Assembly (NCBI GenBank): GCA_963695875.1
Contig: CAVOID010000012.1
Span: 32,001-96,000 of the forward strand
Source of the DNA: an uncultured delta proteobacterium
GTDB lineage: Bacteria; Desulfobacterota; Syntrophia; Syntrophales; UBA2185
Direction of reading: 5' to 3'
DNA: 64,000 nt
A program made the position numbers and the translations under genes. This document shows, in pieces, positions 57,308 to 64,000 of this stretch. Each line of letters begins with the position of its first letter. The stretch's first letter is position 1. Under the pieces are notes generated by a model. The model made no database searches, was not told the DNA's origin, and saw nothing but the letters and a program-made list of their open reading frames with translations.

Positions 57308-57474
57308 GTCATTCCGGACCTGATAAGCCTACCCTGTATTTGATACAGAGGAATCGATCGCACCATTTGTCATCCCGGACTTGATCCGGGATCCAGTTCC
57401 TTTTTGTCATAGCTACGAAAATAGATGTCACCCTGAGCTGTTAGCCATGAGCTTGCCGAAATGGTCGAAGGGTG
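57308..57474. repeat. Cluster of GTCA-initiated REP-like palindromes
   Basis: GTCATTCCGGACCTGAT, GTCATCCCGGACTTGATCCGGGATCCAG (57369-57396), GTCATAGCTACGAAAATAG, GTCACCCTGAGC. Confidence 0.75.
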
Positions 57475-57491
57475 AAAAGAGGATAGTTTGT

Positions 57492-57680
57492 ATGGCCTAT
57501 TCGGACAAAAAAAGCTGCAAGGTCGGTGACAGGGAGATCCTTCACGGCGAATTCGCCTCCCTGTTTGACAAATGCGTCATTTGTAACGACGGAAGGCTCA
57601 TAGAGAACTACGACAATGTCTATGGCGGCATTGCAGGGGCTGGTACGGGTGGCGTCTGGGACGAAGACACGTTCTTTTGA
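57492..57680 (+). CDS. Small 62-aa hypothetical protein
   Basis: ATG after GAGGA RBS; MAYSDKKSCKVGDREILHGEFASLFDKCVICNDG...GGIAGAGTGGVWDEDTFF. Confidence 0.5.
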   Translation: MAYSDKKSCKVGDREILHGEFASLFDKCVICNDGRLIENYDNVYGGIAGAGTGGVWDEDTFF

Positions 57681-57714
57681 GTAGGCCGAAGATGATGAAA
57701 TGACGATCCACCTC

Positions 57715-57929
57715 GTCATTCCTACGAAAGTAGATTTACTCGCCCCCTTCTCTAAAGGGGGCCGGGGTGCTGTCCCCCGCTGGCGGGGGTTAGGGGGTGG
57801 TTCTTATATCATTAAAAATCCCTCTAGATCTCCCTTTACAAAAGGGAGGAGCCTAATGGAATCGAAATTTTTCACACCTTCGAAGCGCACCAAGGAGGAT
57901 GATAGTTTCATGCGGAGGCAGGAATCCAG
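57715..57929. repeat. Cluster of nested REP-like palindromes
   Basis: GTCATTCCTACGAAAGTAG, CCCCCTTCTCTAAAGGGGG, CCCCCGCTGGCGGGGG, CTCCCTTTACAAAAGGGAG, ending GCAGGAATCCAG. Confidence 0.75.
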
Positions 57930-58249
57930 ATATCTTGTGGATTTTGTATTCTTCTATCAATAGTTTTTCTGCAGCACCCTGCTCAGAAACGCCTGCGTCC
58001 TTTCGACCTTCGGTTGTGTGAATATCTCCTCGGGTGGACATTAAATCAGAAATCTTGCACTTGCCTTTGAAATTATTTAAGTATGTAGAGATTCCTGTAC
58101 TGTTGTTTTCTCAAATTATTCGCAACATGCAACATTTAGATTAGCAATTTTTCTTTACTAAGGTCCGAAAAGATAACTGAATATTGAATAATGAAGTAAA
58201 TAAGTGCAGAATATTTGAACTTAAGAAAAACACTCTGGGAGTTAAACTG

Positions 58250-59089
58250 ATGAATTTCAGATTGCGCACGATGACTCTTGAGGACATTCCAGAAGCGATG
58301 CGGTTGAAAGACGCAGCTGGCTGGAACCAGACAACTACTGACTGGGCTCGCTTTCTTTCGGCCAGTCCGGAGGGATGCTTTGTGGCGGAGTATCGCGGCG
58401 ATGTCATAGGTACATCAGCGACAATCATCTACGAGGGCAGGTTTGCATGGATTGGTATGGTCATAGTTGACAAGCAATATCGAGGTCAGGGTATTGGAAT
58501 CGCTCTGCTCGAACGCGCAGTCCGCTTCCTTGATTCGCAAAGAGTTCCTACCATGAAGCTTGATGCCACACCGCAGGGCAAACCCCTTTACGAAAAATTT
58601 GGCTTCATAAGCGAGTACGACATCGAACGGTGGATGCTAAATCGCACAGTAAAAGAGCATGCAATGGAGAATGGGTCAATATCAATAGAAGACATTCTAT
58701 TAATTGACCGGGAAATATTCGGAGCTAATAGGAGCGGACTCCTTCGCTCTCTCGCTCAAGAGGCACCGCACCTCACTTTGGTAGATACGCAAGAGGGGAA
58801 AATCACCGGATACAGTTTCGGTCGGCTGGGTTCGCGTGCCGATCACATGGAGCCATGGGTTGCTCATAATGAAGACGTGGCGGAGAGGCTGCTGAATTCG
58901 TTTTTGCTCCGATCGTCAAGAGAACTTATATTTGTCGATTGCCTGCGGCTAAACCCCTGGTCAGTTCCGCTCGTTAAAGCTCGCGGCTTCGAATTCTCGC
59001 GCCCTTTGACCAGGATGTTTCGTGGAGCAAACGAGCATGCTGGCCAAATAGAGTTGCTTTGCGCCTCCCTCGGCCCTGAGTTCGGATAA
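58250..59089 (+). CDS. GNAT-family N-acetyltransferase (tandem GNAT architecture)
   Basis: AGWNQ, WIGMVIV..YRGQGIG, LDATPQGKPLYEKFGF; C-terminal GPEFG. Confidence 0.9.
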   Translation: MNFRLRTMTLEDIPEAMRLKDAAGWNQTTTDWARFLSASPEGCFVAEYRGDVIGTSATIIYEGRFAWIGMVIVDKQYRGQGIGIALLERAVRFLDSQRVPTMKLDATPQGKPLYEKFGFISEYDIERWMLNRTVKEHAMENGSISIEDILLIDREIFGANRSGLLRSLAQEAPHLTLVDTQEGKITGYSFGRLGSRADHMEPWVAHNEDVAERLLNSFLLRSSRELIFVDCLRLNPWSVPLVKARGFEFSRPLTRMFRGANEHAGQIELLCASLGPEFG

Positions 59090-59174
59090 GAAACAATGCC
59101 TGCCAGAGGGGACACGGCTTTCTTTCCGTATTTCTTAGATCTTAAATAACCTTATAGCCTGGATTCCTGATCTA

Positions 59175-59271
59175 GGGACACTATACCAGTTCTTTCTTGA
59201 CAGGGAAGTCTGACATCTCAGGAAGGGTGGCAGACCCAAAAAGGGTTGATAAAAACTAGTATGGTGTCACC
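59175..59271. mobile_element. MITE-like remnant, possibly of a RAYT/IS200-type tyrosine transposase element
   Basis: Terminal IR GGGACACTATACCAGTT / AACTAGTATGGTGTCACC enclosing a short coding tail LRKGGRPKKG*. Confidence 0.5.
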
Positions 59272-59411
59272 AGAATACGCCCCAAAATCAGTAATTTGAT
59301 TTTTTGTTCAGTACTTCCTGAAAGTCACAGACCGATGTCTTTGAAAAATCTTCAACATTACAAATCGCAATCATTGATATTACTCCCCAAAAATGAGATA
59401 GAGATAACCGG

Positions 59412-59545
59412 TTCTATGCGGGAATGGGGCCAACGGATACATGGTTGAAATCTTTTGGCACCTCCGGGAAACCAGGTGGCAAACGGAAAAAAGCAAATCT
59501 CAACCTGTAGTATCGGAAGAAATCGGTCTGCTCAACGCAATAGAA
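59412..59545 (+). ncRNA. Candidate structured leader RNA (family not recognised)
   Basis: Nested stems TTCTATGCG/CGCAATAGAA, GATAC/GTATC, GGTTGA/TCAACC, TTTG.CACCT/AGGTG.CAAA, GG-GAAA-CC tetraloop; abuts the RBS of the next gene. Confidence 0.35.
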
Positions 59546-59555
59546 GGAGCACATC

Positions 59556-60098
59556 ATGGACAGCAAACAGGATCTTAAAGAAGAAATTGCCAGGGTTGCT
59601 AAAGAAATCTACGAACACTGGGGAATCTCCGGCCTGGAAGTGGAAAATTGGCTTAAAGCCGAGCGAATTGTTCTGGAAAGACTATCAGTCATGGGTGATT
59701 TGCAAAAGGCTCTTCAAGATGCCAACAAGGCTATTGAGTTGGATCCTAAATCTTCAGTTGCCTATGTTGCTCGAGGGATTATTTATTCTGGGTTACGTCA
59801 TTATCAGGAAGCTATTGTAAATTACAATAAGGCTATTGAACTGGATGAAAGATCTATACAAGCCTATTCTGATCGTGGTTCTGTCTATGGACTGTTAGGC
59901 AATTACAAGAAATGTATAGAAGATACCAGCAAGGCAATTGAACTGGATCCTAAATATAATTATCCCTATTATAGCCGAGGATGGGCTTACAAGTTTCTTG
60001 GCGATGAAACTTCAGCAATTAGAGATTGGAAAATATCGGCAAAGTTAGGCTACAAAGAAGCACAAGAAATATTAAAAGAACGAGGGATTGAGTATTAG
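59556..60098 (+). CDS. DUF2934-like N-terminal domain fused to TPR repeats
   Basis: EEIARVAKEIYEHWG...NWLKAER, then three AIELD TPR units and WKISAKLGYKEAQ; RBS AAGGAG. Confidence 0.85.
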   Translation: MDSKQDLKEEIARVAKEIYEHWGISGLEVENWLKAERIVLERLSVMGDLQKALQDANKAIELDPKSSVAYVARGIIYSGLRHYQEAIVNYNKAIELDERSIQAYSDRGSVYGLLGNYKKCIEDTSKAIELDPKYNYPYYSRGWAYKFLGDETSAIRDWKISAKLGYKEAQEILKERGIEY

Positions 60099-60324
60099 AT
60101 TGTTTACTATAATTCGCTTAGATCCCTTATTAAGTACGAAAGAACACTTTGTTTAATTTCTTCCCATAACTGGATTTTGTTCTACTCAATTTCTTTCGTA
60201 ATCTTCTCTTTTTAATGATGGATTTTTCTAACACTTTGTAGGTGTATCGTTTATCTTGTTTATAAAAGGTTTAAGGCTTAGGCTGCTGGTTAGCCCTGAA
60301 AGGTTAAGAACGGGATGACAAAGG

Positions 60325-61510
60325 GTGGGAAAGATGGAGCAGAATGCCTCCAAGTCTATAGTCCGGGAAATCATGATTGAGTTTGCCAATCTGACCGGAC
60401 TGTCACCGGCCAGGGAAGTGCCGCGGCGCTACTTATGGACGGATGCTTTTGCCGTCTGCAACTTCCTGGAGCTTTATCGTCAAACGAGTGACGAGCAATA
60501 CAGGAAGCTCGCGCTTCACCTCGTCGATCAGGTTCATAACGTACTCGGACGGCACCGTGACGATGACCCGCGAACCGGCTGGATCAGCGGTCTCGACTGA
60601 AGAAGAGGGCAGAATGCACCCCACAAAAGGCGGGTTAAGGATCGGCAAGGGAATGAACGAACGCAGACCCGATGATCCCTATGATGAACAGTTGGAATGG
60701 GATCGGGATGGACAGTACTATCATTACCTGACGAAATGGATGCACGCTCTCAATCGTGTAAGCCGGGTTACCGGAGATTCAATCTACAATAGATGGGCGA
60801 TTGAGCTTGCGAAAACGGTACATGCCAGGTTTACCTATGTTCCATCGTCCGGCGGTCAGAAACGCATGTACTGGAAAATGAGCATCGACCTCTCGTATCC
60901 GCTCGTACCATCGATGGGGCATCACGATCCTCTCGACGGACTCATCACTTACCTCGAGCTTCAGGCGACGGCAGGAAAGGATTCCAGGAAATCCGCAGGG
61001 CTCGACCTCAGCGCAGAGATTGCAGACATGGCCAATATGTGTGAAGGGAAAAGCTGGGCAACGGATGACCCCCTTGGTCTTGGCGAGCTCTTGAGTACCG
61101 CATACAAACTGGCTCAATTGATAATGATCGAAGGTTCTGAACAGGCCGACCTTCTGGATGTTCTGGTGGCTTCTTCGCTGATCGGCCTGCAATCCTATGA
61201 AAGAAGGAATCCATTGAAGCATCCTGCCGATTACCGTCTTGCATTTCGGGAGCTGGGATTGTCTATCGGATTACATGCAATTGAGAGATTGCCGGGACTG
61301 ATTAAACAAATTCCAGGCGATTCCAACTTGAAACAGCGTCTACATGCGCGGACGGAAAGCCTGATGCGGTATACACCTCTTAGTGACATTATTGAGACGT
61401 TTTGGCTTCACGCCACAAACAGACAAGCGGAAAGCTGGATGGCGCATCGTGATATAAACATGGTGATGCTGGCAACCAGTCTGGCCCCTGATGGGTATCT
61501 CTCCCTTTAA
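60325..61510 (+). CDS. Conserved hypothetical protein, possible alpha/alpha-toroid (glycosidase-like) fold; frameshift ~60598
   Basis: RRYLWTDAFAVCNF, LVDQVHNVLG, then GGLRIGK, DGQYYHYLTKWMHAL, HDPLDG, RLAFRELG, HRDINMVM in the next frame. Confidence 0.7.
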
Positions 61511-61597
61511 TATGTTTGCGGCACTGCAGTTTCCCGTCTCCTAGCCCCGTAATCCTTACGATATGTAATATCACCTGCGCTTCTGAATGCCGCATGA

Positions 61598-62182
61598 TCA
61601 GACAAAGAATCGCCTCATTCGTTCCATCATCATCAACCTGAGAGAAGCACCGTTCAGCATCAAAAATGCTCTCATCATTTCTCTTGACGCATTTGATAGT
61701 CTCAGCTTTCGGCAGATCCCCGGCCATTTTGAGTCAGGGATTAAACGGACATCACAGTTGGGACAAAAACTTGCGTCATAAATCTCAAAAGATTTTTCAT
61801 CCATCAGGAGTATCTCAATGATTCGGGTATGCTCATGATACGCAGCACAATCAGCGTCCGTACCGCCAAAGGAAAAAGGATAGAGGCGGCAAACATCGGG
61901 ACGGAGGGGATGGTTATAGATCATGCATAGCCTTCGATCATCCAGGAATATGCAGGGCTCCGGCTTGCCTCGTAGTCTATTAAGGTAAGCCTCGGTATGA
62001 TGGCTAATCAAATCTCCCGGCGGCCATTTCAAATACTGGGAGATGGTCACTAAATCTCCCGGAAGTACACTCGGGATGTAAGTCATGCAGCAAGTCCCGC
62101 ATTTCCGGCAGATGAACGGAACAACAATGTCATTTCCAGGCAGCTCTATTTTTGTGAAGATCGCGTCTCTTGTGTTGATCAT
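61598..62182 (-). CDS. YkgJ-family Cys-cluster protein
   Basis: FICRKCGTCC, PCIFL, CMIY..RPDVCRLYPF. Confidence 0.85.
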   Translation of the reverse strand: MINTRDAIFTKIELPGNDIVVPFICRKCGTCCMTYIPSVLPGDLVTISQYLKWPPGDLISHHTEAYLNRLRGKPEPCIFLDDRRLCMIYNHPLRPDVCRLYPFSFGGTDADCAAYHEHTRIIEILLMDEKSFEIYDASFCPNCDVRLIPDSKWPGICRKLRLSNASREMMRAFLMLNGASLRLMMMERMRRFFV

Positions 62183-62619
62183 ATCTCTTCAGAAATTCAT
62201 TAAAACATTTATGGCGATCCCTGATGCAATTCTTTTTATTTTGGCTGATCATAAATAAGAAAAATCGTACTTTTCTTACAGGTTCTTGCAGAACAGCCGG
62301 GTAGTATTTGATGACGATATTGAGGAAAGAGATGAGATTGAACTGCAAGCGTGAGCTTAGAAAAATTAGTATATTTTAGTTTAAACGATTTTATTATAAA
62401 CACAATACTAATTATTCATAGGGATTTATTAGGATAATACTTGCATTTATAAAGCATTATTTAGGTAAGACCCGAAGTTTGTTTTTTTGATTAAGTAGCC
62501 TGAAAGTCAGAATGACAAGATGGAAGTTTAATAATTAAAATGCATGACCGGCAAATATTTGATATATTGTTAATGAAAAATTAACTGCACCGGACGGCAG
62601 GCATTTCATAGCGGCTGAG

Positions 62620-63989
62620 ATGATGAAGAAGTTCAAGAGACATGATCGTAATTCTACTTCTCAGAAGGGAATCGATAATATACTTGACAGGAAGTTAGAT
62701 CGTGAAAAAAAGAAACTCCGTGTTCCCATAAGCCCCGTGATCAATTCTGCATTACGGGCTATTTATGCCGGTGGACCAAAGAATCGTTGGTTATCAGACA
62801 CGTACGGTCGTCCGTTCTACCCGTACGAAACTAAGGCAGGGAGTATCAGGTTCTCGTTTGCTCCTCCACCCGATTTCGGAAATCGTTTTCATCCTACCAT
62901 CGCAATGCACTATACACCCCGCCTCAGTTTCATCTATTCCGGAAGCCTGAGAAATGTTGTAAAGGGTTTGTCCGTTGAGACGGCTGATGTGTTCCTGATT
63001 TTAATGTCCCGTATAGCGGAATTGCAGGATCCCATGAGGGGAATTGCCAGGATCAGTCTGGAAGAGATTGCTCAAATGCGCGGTGTGCGTCTGCGGCATG
63101 GCAGCGCACAGAATCTCTATGAAGATTTTAAGCAAGAGGTATTGCGGCTTGCTGATCTGCGTTTGAACATGTCCTGGAGGGACTATAAAACCGGTGGGGA
63201 AGTTACCTTCGGCAAGGAGCGGCCGGACAGGCTCCTGGACATATTAGACATTGAGTACAAGCATGGAGGAGATACGTGGACATCTTTTCGCTTCCGCTGC
63301 GGCCAGGCCCTTTCACATTTCCTCGACCCCGAGGGACTGTTCTGGATTGGCTACTATAGCAAATCTTTGCTGCACCTGAGTCCATACCATGATGCCCTGA
63401 CGAAGAAGCTGGGAACATACTGGATCATTGTTGGTACTATTGCAGAAAAAAAAGGAGCACTGCCCCGTGCCACACCGAAGACTATTTTAGATTTTTGCGG
63501 TGAAGAGATCAACTGGAGGCACCCCGGGCAGACGGTGGATGCGTTTATCGAAGCCCATCAGCGACTCGAAGACTTAGGTGTGATAGAAAGTATTCCGGTC
63601 TTAGAACCTATGGCGCGCAGCAGGGGGTACTTTAAAGAGTGGCTTAATACAGCACTGACCGTGAAATTATCGGAAAATCTCTGGCAGATAGCCGATGCGG
63701 GAAAGAGGGCTAAATTACCAGCTTCGGGCATAAACGGCCGGTTCAAGGAAAAAATACATGCAAAAGGATACCGGCCTTGCATATTCCGAAGACAGCCAAA
63801 GATCTGATGGCTAATCAAACGATTATCAGGCAATTCAGGGCTGATTACTACTTGCGTCAGGCCGAGCTGGCAAAGGCACTAGGTGTGACAAGGCAGACCC
63901 TCTCCAACTATGAGCGGGGATTGCATCCCCTGCCAGAAGATAAAGCCATCAGGATTCTTCAAATCTGGCATCGCAAGGCGCAGCACTAA
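62620..63989 (+). CDS. Large hypothetical protein with C-terminal XRE/Cro HTH (probably one gene with a frameshift ~63765)
   Basis: ORF 62620-63807 overlaps ORF 63777-63989 (LRQAELAKALGVTRQTLSNYERG); the second ORF has no obvious RBS and an A-run lies at the junction. Confidence 0.7.
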
Positions 63990-64000
63990 CCCGGCATAAA

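Noticed and set aside
57308..57929. CRISPR array
   Set aside because: The repeats are heterogeneous palindromes without constant length or regular spacers, and there are no cas genes.
57700..57963. 87-aa ORF (and similar ORFs at 53056-53338 and 55821-56027)
   Set aside because: These are translations of REP palindromes with no independent coding evidence.
60598..60600. In-frame TGA as selenocysteine or readthrough
   Set aside because: The protein continues in a different frame, so a 1-base insertion explains it; no SECIS-like hairpin is evident.
62360..62619. Iteron-containing replication origin
   Set aside because: The region is AT-rich, but I could not find direct repeats or clear DnaA boxes.

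Overview
Bacterial chromosomal window, moderately AT-rich. Gene content and order (miaB-DUF151-xerC-hslVU-argBDFGH-lysA-dapAB-folK-tal-pgsA-tRNAs, sigma54 activator, Fe-S proteins) suggest an anaerobic Desulfobacterota, probably Syntrophales-like (inference). Layout: (i) 1-5.9 kb, an MSHA-like type IV filament operon on the minus strand, truncated by the window edge; (ii) 6.2-13 kb, a divergent PilZ/HDOD/hybrid-kinase/Hpt signalling cluster; (iii) 13-30.8 kb, housekeeping genes ending in tRNA-Gly and tRNA-Cys; (iv) 31-46 kb, a second type IV pilus locus with a membrane-anchored HAMP-sigma54 activator, a sigma54-driven major pilin, and minor pilins carrying carbohydrate-binding and legume-lectin-like domains; (v) 46-64 kb, accessory genes. 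The accessory part includes a kinase plus REC-adenylate cyclase, a MacAB-like exporter, Fe-S proteins, a divergent guanylate-kinase-like gene head-to-head with a highly divergent RelA/SpoT-synthetase-fold protein, REP/MITE palindromes, a structured leader RNA candidate and a Rep-like/XRE-HTH protein. Many genes are split by single-base indels, most likely long-read assembly errors; where the reading was clear I report the joined gene. Best novelty candidates: the RSH-fold plus Gmk-like pair (55.0-57.3 kb) and the one-component intramembrane sigma54 pilin regulator with its palindromic enhancer (40.6-42.8 kb). No database searches were run; all calls rest on motif recognition.
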